The position numbers and the translations under genes were made by a program. Source: Octopus sinensis (Eukaryota). From it: 29,175 bases of DNA. The notes under the pieces were generated by a model, which saw only the letters and a list, made by a program, of their open reading frames with translations, did not search any database and had not been told where the DNA came from. The DNA is taken from the NCBI RefSeq assembly GCF_006345805.1, contig NW_021833556.1, positions 1-29,175 of the forward strand. Direction: 5' to 3'. This document shows, piece by piece, positions 11,363-23,755 of the stretch. Numbering within the stretch: the first letter of the stretch is position 1; the number at the start of each line of letters is the position of its first letter.

Positions 11363-11874
11363 CTTCTTCGTCTTCTTCTTCTCTTCTTCTTCTTCCAATC
11401 AGGACTCACGCCATTAGCTACAAAGAATTATCCCTAATTCGACCCTACTCTAAGCTACTAAGAATGCGTGTGGCAACTTGAAGATCCACTCACCACACGC
11501 GATAGACTGGCGGTTGCGCGGGTGCGAAAGCTACGTTGTTATCCTCATTCCATAAACGGTGGCTTTTTTAATGGGTGGAGAGCTGAACCATCCTGGGGTA
11601 CAGAGGATTCGCAATCTAGACTAGGGTCTGAAAGTTTACCACACCATAGTGGGTTACATCATGGTTCCTTAGCTTTGCGGCTGAAGTAGGAAGAAAGAGT
11701 GAGAGAAAGTAGTTGTGAAAGAATACAGCGGGGTTCACAACCACTCCCTCCGGAGCCTCGTGGAGCTTAGGTGTTTTTGCTCAATAAACACTCACAATGC
11801 CCGGTCTGGGAATCGAAACCGCGTTCGTACGACCGCGAGTTCGCTGCCCTAACCACTGGGCCATTGCGCCTCCA
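11363..11874 (-). mobile_element. ~510-bp SINE with the family C head, a different 3' body, a (GAA)n tail and a 12-bp TSD
   Basis: 11688-11873 matches 7435-7623. tattgctgttgt occurs at 11351-11362 and 11875-11886. (CTT)n at 11363-11395 is the tail on the minus strand. Confidence 0.82.
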
Positions 11875-11916
11875 TATTGCTGTTGTTGTTTATGTTCTTG
11901 TCGTCGTCGTTATAAA

Positions 11917-12055
11917 AGACGGTGAGCTGCCATAAACTTTACTGCATCGGTCAAAATGTTTAGAGGCATTTCTTCTAGCTCTTTCCATTCTGAGTTCAAA
12001 TCTCGTCGAAGTCGGCTTCGTCTTGCATTTTTCCGAGGAATGTTAAAGTAATTAA
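11917..12055 (+). mobile_element. Diverged SINE family A
   Basis: gacggtgagctgcc...ttctgagttcaaatctcgtcgaagtcggctt. Confidence 0.7.
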
Positions 12056-12573
12056 GCATCAAACACAGAGATCGATTTACGGTCTTCTCTTTTGCTATCA
12101 CATATTGTGACATTAAAATTTGGTATTTGCCACGTAAAATATTATTTTGTTATTTACTTCTTACAGAAAAATTGCAGAAAAATGTTCCTGAGTGTTAAAG
12201 TTTAATCATTTTCACCTAATCAGAAAACAGGATTTGGAAGCTGGCATTTTCTGCATGATACCCGTCTATCACTAAATGGAAAGAAAATCATTAGGAGGAG
12301 GAATTTTTACAAACAAACGAAAGTAAAGCATTACTGCGACCAAAGTTGTAAGAACTTCTGAAGTTTTAATTAGTTTTAATGAATAAAGTTATGTGAAACG
12401 GTCGAACAGACATGTAAATAAAATAAAAAGGAAAAAAAAAAAAAGCATCAACGAAGATTTTTTACGAAAACTTGCACAAACGTGTTCTGATCAAGAGGCC
12501 TATCTGTCAGAAAAGGCATGGTTTAACATGGAATAAATGAAAATTTATGTAAGATATTTTATTGTAAAAGTTA

Positions 12574-12601
12574 TCCCGCAACGACGGGGCTATTCAGCTA
12601 G
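12574..12601 (+). mobile_element. Helitron-type 3' terminus (hairpin plus CTAG); 5' end not located
   Basis: CCCG-caacga-CGGG hairpin, short spacer, CTAG at 12598-12601 followed by T. Confidence 0.6.
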
Positions 12602-12631
12602 TATATATGTATATATATATATATATATATA

Positions 12632-13028
12632 CTAGCAGTATCGCCCGGTGTTGCTCGGGTTTGTAAAGGAAAAACTATATAAGCATTTTTAGAGAGTTAT
12701 AGCCAAAAAATAGCAAAAAAAATGCATTAAAAATGGAAAAAAAATGATGGTAATTTTTTTTAAAAATCGTTGACTCATCGTAGACATTTTTAGAGAGTTA
12801 CTTCCCTTATATAATAGCGAAAAATGCATTAAAATGGAAAAAAATGATGGTAATTTTTTTTTTAAATCGTAGACTCATCGTAGACGCGCGCTAATACCCA
12901 GAAGGGCTCGATATGAATCACAACTATAAGATACCCGGTTTTGGTTAAACTGCACCGCAAAATGTGGGAGTAGTTAGGAATCTAAATCGTAGGAGACAGA
13001 CACACAACTTCACTTTTATATATAAAGA
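12632..13028 (-). mobile_element. Non-autonomous Helitron, 397 bp
   Basis: The minus strand begins A|TCtttatatataaaagtgaagttgtgtgtc and ends acccgagcaacaccgggcgatactgCTAG|T: 5' TC, subterminal hairpin, 3' CTAG, AT target and no TSD. Contains an internal ~100-bp tandem duplication (12684-12885). Confidence 0.85.
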
Positions 13029-13033
13029 TATAT

Positions 13034-13074
<41 letters not shown>

Positions 13075-13494
13075 AATTTTGTAATTTTGTTTTCTTCTAT
13101 ATTTGTTTTCTGGAATTTTGATATGTCCTTTTTATGTTTTGTTATCCCAAAGTTTTAATTATACCAAACTTTTATAACTTTAAACGTAAATTCACTGTGT
13201 TTTGTATGTAACACTGATTCTCATATATTTATATATATATTATATGATTTTTATCTATTTATATATATTATTATATTTATATCTGTCGAATTTTATATCC
13301 GTTCTGTAGATATAAAGGAATATATGAATATATGTATGTATTTGATCTTTGAGTGTGGATTTTAGTGATGTTCCTTTACTTCCTGCTCGAATTGCCTTCG
13401 CTCAAATTAAGAAGTGGAATATAGCTCATTTGGAGTACTACAACTCCAGTCTGTATTATAGCAATCTCAAGATATAACTGGGCATTTTGTATTT

Positions 13495-13524
13495 TATATA
13501 TGCATATATATATATATGTATCAG

Positions 13525-13560
<36 letters not shown>

Positions 13561-13995
13561 ATATATATAATATATATATATACATATACATATATACATG
13601 TATATATATACATAATTATATATATATATATACATATATGCACTCACATATAAATGTGTGTATTATTATGTATATATGTATATATATTTATGTATGTGTA
13701 TGTGTGCACGCGCGTTTGTGCGTGTGTGTCTATGTGTGTTTGTGTCTATATCTTTACACCGATCTAACTAGTAGTGGTGTATGTTCTCACAATCTTTGGA
13801 GGGATATAATGAGAGAGGGGAAGAGGGAAAGACTGATATATATAAACAAATGAATAAACAAACGTATATATATATATATATATATATATAGTTTGATAGA
13901 TAAATAGATATACATACACATATATCTATCTACTTGTACCTTTGTATGTATGTATGTATGTTATGTGTCTCTGTATGTTCTGCATGTATGTTATG
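13495..13995. repeat. (TA)n/(TG)n/(TATG)n microsatellite cluster
   Basis: Direct reading. Confidence 0.9.
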
Positions 13996-14472
13996 TATAA
14001 CCACTTATCACGATATCTCGCAGACATAACAGAGAATGGACAGTATCCAGCAGTCAGGATGGCCACAATTGGTTTGGAAGAGTTGCCCTCAAGAACAGGC
14101 TTTAACCGACACCTGCCTTGAATACTGAAATCTGGCTGATGATGTCTTTACACTACACTCTAATAATACAGCAATTATACGCTATAAATACAGTATATAC
14201 GGCAGCTGGGAACACGACTGGCGGCGACATATCAAGTTTATCAGTAAAAGTACACGCATACACACATATACACGCACATACACGCACACATACACCCACA
14301 CATTAACACACAAATACACTCAAACAAACGTATATATACATACTTATATCGACACACACTTAAATTAGTGTATGTGTGTGAGTGTGCATATACATGTAAC
14401 TATATCTAAGTATTTATGTATATATGTATATAAAATATATATATATATATATATACATATATGAATGTATAT

Positions 14473-16450
<1,978 letters not shown>

Positions 16451-16673
16451 TAAAAGTGTAGAAATATTTTATCCATGTGAAGAATTTTGTCAGTCCTTTT
16501 TCTTTTTTTATTCATTATTTTTTTTTTTTTATGCTTTAAGGCAGTATATCGTTTTTGTTGCTCTAAAGCGAAAAATTATCTCTTTCTCTAATGATACGTT
16601 TTATAGGATCGATCCGTTGGGTAGAGAAAATGGATCTTTCACTCTCGGCTGTAGTAATATGCTCAATGGTGAA

Positions 16674-16888
16674 GGCGGCGAGCTAGCAGAAACGTTAGCA
16701 CAACGGGCGAAATTCTTAGCGGTATTTCGTCTGCCGCTACGTTCTGAGTTCAAATTCCGCCGAGGTCGACTTTGCCTTTCATCCTTTCGGCGTCGATAAA
16801 TTAAGTACCAGTTGCGTACTGAGGTCGATCTAATCGACTGCCCCCACCACCACTTAAATATTTCTGGCCTTGTGCCTAGAGTAGAACA
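16674..16888 (+). mobile_element. Full-length SINE family A (tRNA head plus Deu/Nin-like central domain)
   Basis: ggcggcgagctagcagaaacgttagc...GAGTTCAAATTCC (B-box-like)...gcctttcatcctttcggcgtcgataaattaagtaccag, which resembles the Deu/Nin SINE domain as recalled. Confidence 0.9.
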
Positions 16889-16894
16889 TGATCA

Positions 16895-17309
16895 CTTTTA
16901 CTCTTTTACTCTTTAACTTGAATCAGTCATTTGACTGTGGCCATGTTGGAGCACCGCCTATAGTCGAGCAAATCGATTCCAGAACCCATTCTTTGTAAGC
17001 CTAGTACTTATTCTATCGGTCTCTTTTGCCGAACCGCTAAGTTACGGGGACGTAAACACACGAGCATCGGTTGTCAAGCGATGTTTGGGGGAAACAAACA
17101 CAGACACACAAACATATACACACACACATACACACACACATATATACATATATACGACGGGCTTCTTTCAGTTTCCATCTACCAAATCCACTCACAAGGC
17201 TTTGGTCGGCCCGAGATTATAGTAGAAGACACTTGCCCAAGGAGCCACGCAGTGGGACTGAACCCGGAACCATGTGGTTTGTAAGCAAGCTTCTTACCAC
17301 ACAGCTACT
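16895..17309 (-). mobile_element. Nearly full-length SINE family B
   Basis: Reverse complement of 6289-6531 plus a 3' body ending in short tandem gagtaaaa repeats. Confidence 0.9.
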
Positions 17310-17343
17310 TGTGACAGATACGTTTACATTCTTTTCTTTTGTT

Positions 17344-17519
17344 AGCACATGGTCAGCAATTTCGGATTGGGGGTAAGTTGATTACAGCGACCCTAGTACT
17401 TGACTGGTACTTATTTCCTTGATTCCGAAAGGATGAAAGGCAAAGTCAACACGGGTCGAATTCGAACTCAGAATGTAATGAGGCACAAAGACAATTAACG
17501 ATTCTGCTAGTTCGCTACC
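17344..17519 (-). mobile_element. Diverged SINE family A
   Basis: gactggtacttattt...gaaaggatgaaaggcaaagtcaac...gaactcagaatgta...ttctgctagttcgctacc. Confidence 0.8.
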
Positions 17520-17634
17520 ATATGGATAGGTTTCAGTTCTAGTCATTTCAGTTTTTTGAATCTGAAAACCTCACATTCTACCTCGCTCTCTCAATCTCTA
17601 CCTCTATCTCTCACTCTCCCTCCCCCTATATTTT

Positions 17635-17671
<37 letters not shown>

Positions 17672-17684
17672 CTATCTATCTATC

Positions 17685-17911
17685 TTATTTCTTAACTGCA
17701 CACAAGAGGCTACACACAGAGGGGACAAACAACAACAGACAAACGGATTAAGTCGATTAAATCGGACCCAGTACGTAACTAGTACTTATTTAAATCGACC
17801 CCGAAAGGATGAAAGGCAAAGTCGGCGGAATTTGAACTCAGAACGTAGCGGCAGACGAAATACCGCTAAGCATTTCGCCCGGTGTGCTAACGTTTCTGCT
17901 AGCTCGCCGCC
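17685..17911 (-). mobile_element. SINE family A (alternative 3' end) inserted in a (CTAT)n microsatellite
   Basis: Head ends at gctagctcgccgcc (17911); (CTAT)n lies on both sides. Confidence 0.9.
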
Positions 17912-17930
17912 TTCTATCTATCTATCTATA

Positions 17931-17991
<61 letters not shown>

Positions 17992-18594
17992 CTTGTACCA
18001 CATAGAAGACTAAAAACGATATCTTCACTTCATCCGTTGCCCTCAATGCTGCAGTTATTTTTGTTGTTGTAGAAATTAGGTTTAGATTTACTAGTTGTAA
18101 TCCTTTACTTGCACCTCTCTCTTCCCCTCCTCCTTCACAACCCTAGACTATGATTTAACTTGACCACCACTGCAACAAACGCCAGCCGGACGTCTGCCGC
18201 AGTCAGTTCCCAAAAGTCTTATCTACTCACGTAGCGATTACGCCCCTTTCTAAACTACGTCACAAATGAAATGCAACTCACCCCAACCACCACCACCACC
18301 ACCACCACCACCCCACCACCACCACCACAATCACCACCACCACAGTACATATAGATATATACACGCCATCTTCTTTAGTCACCTTCTTCGGCTTCAACTT
18401 CTGGTCATATTTCTCCTTCCTTTCTCCCGCCCCTCCTGCAGCACCCACTTTACCCTCCCCTCTTCATCCTGTGCCGTCTATTGCGATGGATTCTTAATCC
18501 TTCATATTCCAGAAAGTCTGTCCGCCGCCAGTTTCAATTCTTCTTCTCTTTTCAAAACCAAAAAAAAAAATGTTTCTAATCATGGGACATCGCC

Positions 18595-18714
18595 CCTTGA
18601 ATACTGTCCTACCATCTTCCTTGAATACTATCCTACCATCTTCCTTGAATACTATCCTACCATCTTCCTTGAATACTATCCTACCATCTTCCTTGAATAC
18701 TATCCTACCATCTT
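18595..18714. repeat. 24-bp minisatellite x5 (ccttgaatactatcctaccatctt)
   Basis: Units start at 18595, 18619, 18643, 18667 and 18691; one mismatch in unit 1; no spacers. Confidence 0.95.
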
Positions 18715-19009
18715 AAAAAAAAAAGATCATGTGAATGTAAGGTTGATTCCTGGTTCAGTCATTTCATTCTCCTGATCTTCTTTCTACAGTTTCCAACTAA
18801 GTCAAAAGAAGGACTCTCACATTATCCTGACATGTTTTGAGATTATATATTTCATTTTATACTGAGAAGAAACTGAAACTTGTTTTTATACTCATGCCTG
18901 GATTGTTCGAGGGTCGAGGAATGGCTACAGTGAGACGAGGAGAAGGGTCTGATGTTATTAATCGTTGTACAGCTATTGGTGTAGCGTTAACAATTACTGA
19001 GAAGTCCTA

Positions 19010-19605
19010 GGATGAAACTTACGGTTACAACCAATCTCGTCATATGTCTATACACTGCAACACCAACCGTATGCAAGCTAGTAACTCCAGTTTTCTGTAG
19101 CTTCGGTAACTGTTGATTATATAAACAGGTTGGTTGCTTTGTTTCTCTGGAATTGGTCAAATTAATGCAGACAACTGTGATGAGAATACAATAAGATTAA
19201 AAAATCGATTAAGTTTATTCGTCAATCTTATTAATGCATTGAGAAATAGCTAAATTAGCCCTGTCTGTATATCTGCAATTTAGATTACATGTATTATATA
19301 ATACCGTGACACTGTACGATTGAGATTCCCGTTGACAGGCAAATAAAGTGTTATCACTTAAGGTATATAAATTAGCAGCTCCAGTTTTCTCTAGCTAGTA
19401 TAATTGTTGATTAAAAAAAAAAAATAAAGATCGGCTACTCTTTCTCTCGGAAAGGTGATATTGATGTAGACATATCTGATGAAAATTCAATAAGATTCGA
19501 ACATTGATTGAGGTTATTCATCATTTTTTTTTTCAGTCTACAGAGAAATAACTAAATTTCCTTCGTTTATATACCTACCCTATAGTTTACATATATTATC
19601 AGATG
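19010..19605. repeat. Old, diverged tandem duplication, unit ~294 bp
   Basis: ctccagttttct at 19085 and 19379, followed collinearly by tgttgatta, tttctct, tgatgaRaat-caataagatt, ttattc-tca, gagaaata-ctaaatt and tag-ttacat-tattat. Confidence 0.75.
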
Positions 19606-19724
19606 AGTAGTTTCTTTGCGTGATTATGTTACTGGGTGAGATTTGCAGTGGATTCTACAGCTGTTTCTTGCAGTTCCTCTAATGACGTAGATGCTCAAAT
19701 GTTGCCTATTTTGACTATATATAT

Positions 19725-19759
<35 letters not shown>

Positions 19760-19811
19760 TCATATATATACATACTCAAACACGCGCGTTCATTTATGTA
19801 TACACACAGAT

Positions 19812-19851
<40 letters not shown>

Positions 19852-19919
19852 TGGCATAATATACATACAGCATACATACGTACATTCACATATGTCTTCA
19901 CACATATACACATACGTAC

Positions 19920-19950
<31 letters not shown>

Positions 19951-20872
19951 TCATACATACACAATAGCAGTTGCATATAAATGCATACGACTTTGAGTGT
20001 ATAAATTTACTCATATGAGCATACGTATACATATTTGTTTGTGCACGAACATGTATATATATATGTGTATGTATCATGCACGCGTGCGTATGTGCGTGCA
20101 TTGTCTCGCGTGTCTCTCTTGAATGACTATTTTATAATCAGAATCATACAACTAATCTAAGACTAATACTTTTGTTTTCATTTTTCGCTGAAGGAGCAAG
20201 CATTGACCTTTCAGCGGGGTTGTTATGGCGCATGTGCACTTGCGAGCAAGTCAAGTGTGAGTGTGCATGTGTTTGTGATCGTAAGATAGGTAGCGATAGA
20301 TAGAGGGAAAGAAGCGTGGAGATAAAGAGAATGAAAAAAGAAAAGGAGAGGTTGTGCACACTCACAACATTCGTGGATTATGTGGGGGAGGGGTTGAAGA
20401 ATGGTGGTGATGGGTATTTTGTTGGTTGCTATCTACTCCAGTTGGTGATGTGTAGGGGGTGTAATGGGTGTTGTTACGAGGATGAGGATGATCAGCGGCG
20501 GAGTGGTGTCGGGACCAACAGAGAGTAGATATGAGTGACGTTGGGACCAATGAGTGGAACCAAAATAGTGAACGGATTGTGATCTGACCTCCTGTGTAAT
20601 TTGGAAGATAAAAATCAATCATCAATGTGTGTGTGTGTGTGTGTGTTTATATATATATATATATATTATATATATGTGTGTGTGTGTGTGTGTGTATGTA
20701 CGTGTCTGCGTGCATATAAATTTATATCTATCTATCCATTTATCTGTCTTTGTTAATGTATATGTATATATCAGTAAATATACGCATGCATACACACACA
20801 CAAACACACACGAATATGCATATGTAAGCATGTATGGGTGTGAATGTATGTGTATACATATATGTCAATATA

Positions 20873-21339
20873 TTTCGTCATCCCATAAATAAAACGTTGT
20901 TTTTTATTTCTTTTATTTCTTAAAATTAAGATAAACAAAGTTCTTTTTTAATCTGAAATATACTCTCCTTCATTTACTACAATGCTCTTCCATCTATCAG
21001 GTCCTTCTTTCAAAATTCACTTCTCCGTGACGAAAAATGCTCATCCAGTTCTTACCTCACTGGCCCAATTTGTTGACTTTTCCGATGGCATAGCGTTGTT
21101 GCCTTTATTGGATTCATAAAACAAAACATGCCGAATATCTTCTTTGCCACGTCCATTACACCTTTCGAAAAATATCTGTTAAAATCGAACTGCACTCTCC
21201 ATAATTTCCATTAAGAATAAGGACAAGGTAAAATTACTACCTGCTTTTATAGCAAGTTGGTGCAGGTAGATTATCCCGTCCTCCTCCAACTTTTAATTCA
21301 TGCAATTAAAAAAACCGCATTAATTATGGGAAGATCTAA
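20873..21339 (-). mobile_element. Internally deleted Tc1/mariner DNA transposon, 467 bp
   Basis: Imperfect TIRs: tttcgtcatcccataaataaaacgttg on the left, after TA, versus the reverse complement ttagatcttcccataattaatgcggtt on the right. The minus strand keeps the transposase N-terminus MDVAK/DIRHVLFYESNKGNNA (ATG 21156, frameshifted) and C-terminus LDEHFSSRRSEF*K/PDRWKSIVVNEGEYISD*, typical of mariner ends. Confidence 0.88.
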
Positions 21340-22201
21340 TGTACATATGGATGTATATGTGTGTATGTGTATGATGGTGCTTATTGTAATGTTGTTAATG
21401 GTGGTAACTATGGTCGTGAGGGTTAAAGTTGTTGTGATGGCGCTAGTGGTGGTGGGGGGGTCATCGTCGTCGTAGTATTTGTGATGATATTGATAATAAA
21501 GGTGGGGTTGGTGATAACGATGAAGGCGATGGTGGTTTTTATTTCTGTGGTCGGAACATCCACAATCGACATGACTAGTTTCTGGTTTGCTTATCCCTTC
21601 ATCAGAAATAGAATAGCAATGTTGTCTCCACAGAATGTTTAGCAGCTTAGAATTATTGAATAAAACTCAGCAAAACTAGTCAGAGAGGTAGACCTCCTCA
21701 CAATCCTGCGGTCTGGACTATAAGTTTCATTTTCACAACCGGATTAAATTTTATGCTAAATAACTGGGTTTTTTAACCAAATAACTCCTCTTAGCAACAA
21801 ATAGCGGTATAGTGATAAATTAATAAAGATAAACACATATACACGCATGCATGCTCATACATGCACGCATACGTATGCGCGTGTTGCAGTTGGTTTGTTT
21901 TGGCTCTGACGAAGGCAGGGTTGTGCTAGTGGCTTCCTTTATTTTCAATCGAGCAATGGATCGATTGATACATTTTTTATACCCTTAAGAATAAATATAA
22001 TATTATTGTATTATATAATCTATATCTATAACATTTAAATACACTAAAGAAACAGTAAAAAAAGGGAGATACGAAAAGAAAATATAAAAAGCTGCTGAAG
22101 ATGGTGTGGAAAGTCGAAAATGGGGTATTGAACCATGAACGCACACAAAGGCATATTTGAAACAACACTAATCCTATAATAAATAAATATATAAATAAAT
22201 T

Positions 22202-22569
22202 TCTCTATATATAAGGCTGAAGTTGTGTGTGTATGGCAGGTTTGGTAGCCTTCAACTAACACTATCTACTCCGAGACCCTGAGAGTATTATAGAAGAAGG
22301 CTTGCTCTTCCTTCCGTAGAACAAAAAATTCAAATCGGACCATGTTAACACCAAAAATTATTTATATCAAAAAGTTGCCTTTTTTCTATTAAAATCCCTA
22401 TTTTTTTACGATTTTTTGACTGCTGTGTCGCCATTTTCGGTGTATTTCAACCAGAAAAATGTTCACTTAAAGAGAATAACAAGCTACACAATGCAAAATT
22501 TTTACTTTTCAAAAATTCCAATTCTAAAGGGTCGAAACAAACCCGAGCAACGCCGGGCGATACAGCTCG
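22202..22569 (+). mobile_element. Non-autonomous Helitron, ~368 bp, with termini related to 12632-13028
   Basis: 5' TCtctatatataaggctgaagttgtgtgt; 3' acaaacccgagcaacgccgggcgatacagCTCG|T (CTCG instead of CTAG). Confidence 0.82.
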
Positions 22570-23599
22570 TATACAACTCGTATACAACTCGTTATTTCTA
22601 TCTATTTTACATACATATAAATATGTGCGTATACTTGTGTGTTTATATGTATATATATATGTAAATATGTATGTATGCGCACATATATGCATATGTATCT
22701 GCTTATGTAAGTGAGTACAAGTATGAGTTTGTGTATGTGTGTTTGTGTATACGTGTATGTCAACAATAAAGTGAAGGTTTGATTCCATCTGTGTGTGCGT
22801 TTCGAGTCATGTAAGCGTGTACGTGAGTGGGAGTGGGAGTGGGGACGAAAAAGAGAAAGGAAGAAAAGGAGGTTGAGTTTGGTTAGTTTAAGTACATTCG
22901 AAGACTGGGCTTTCGGTGAATGTAACCCTAACAATAGAGTTCACGTGCACTGGACACTCTAACACCATCGCTACACCGCCGTACAATACAAACACACGAG
23001 CCAACGTGTACTGGTGCCCCTGTAGCCCTCCAATGCACACTGTGGCCCTGACTTTCAAAAAACTGTGGAGTCTAATATGAGAATAATTTGGTTGCTATTT
23101 CTTTCAGATCGTGTGACCACGTGTGGTTGCCGCATTGTATTTTTGTCGTTGTTGTTGTTGGTGGTGGTGGTACTGGTTTTAGTGGTGCTTGTTGATGCTG
23201 ATGTTAGTGGTGTTGGTGGTGGTGGTAGTGGTGGTTGTGATGGTACTTGTTGATGTTGTTAGTGGTGGTGGTGGTCACAAACTAAGTGGATACAGTAACT
23301 GTGTCGACGGAAGAACACTTTGCATCGTGTCTGTCAATGTATCTGTTCTGCTAGAAATACCTACCCAGGCATCCCTCAAATCACAGCTTGCTGTCTAAAA
23401 CTGAAAAAGAAAATAAAATGAAGCTCATATTGGATATTAAGTCTGAGAATAATAATTTTCTGAATAAAAGACAGAATGGTCATGACTGGAATGTCTTTCT
23501 TTATTGTTGTTGCTGTATTTTTTCACTAAGGTCAAGCATAGCAAAAACTAATAACAGGTCGGGCAAAGAAAAAAATTAGAAGCTACCGCCAATACTTAC

Positions 23600-23737
23600 G
23601 CCATGGCCAGCAATTTCGGAGAAGAGATAAAAGGATTACATCAACCTCAAGACTTACTTGCATTGGTTCTGATTTTATCGGCCCCGAATATGATGAAAGA
23701 CAAAGTCGACTTCGGTGGTATTTGAACTTGACCATGT
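23600..23737 (-). mobile_element. Diverged SINE family A fragment
   Basis: ggccagcaatttcgg...ttttatcggccccgaa...gatgaaagacaaagtcgacttcggtggtatttgaact. Confidence 0.75.
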
Positions 23738-23755
23738 AATAATCCTTACTACTAA

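Noticed and set aside
18595-18714. CRISPR-like array or LEYYPTIF repeat protein
   Set aside because: The repeats abut with no spacers, there are no cas genes, the context is eukaryotic and the surrounding ORF is low-complexity.
19370-19500. Cadherin/protocadherin repeat remnant (APVF, DISDEN)
   Set aside because: The motifs are in the wrong order, are separated by stops, and there is no DxNDN, DxD or LDRE.
19476-19505. Hammerhead-like ctgatgaaaattc...gattcgaac
   Set aside because: Weak stem, no GAAA-UH arrangement, and not kept in the paralogous unit at ~19175.
21906-21935. Hammerhead-like ctgacgaaggca...tgct
   Set aside because: No GAAA after the putative stem II.
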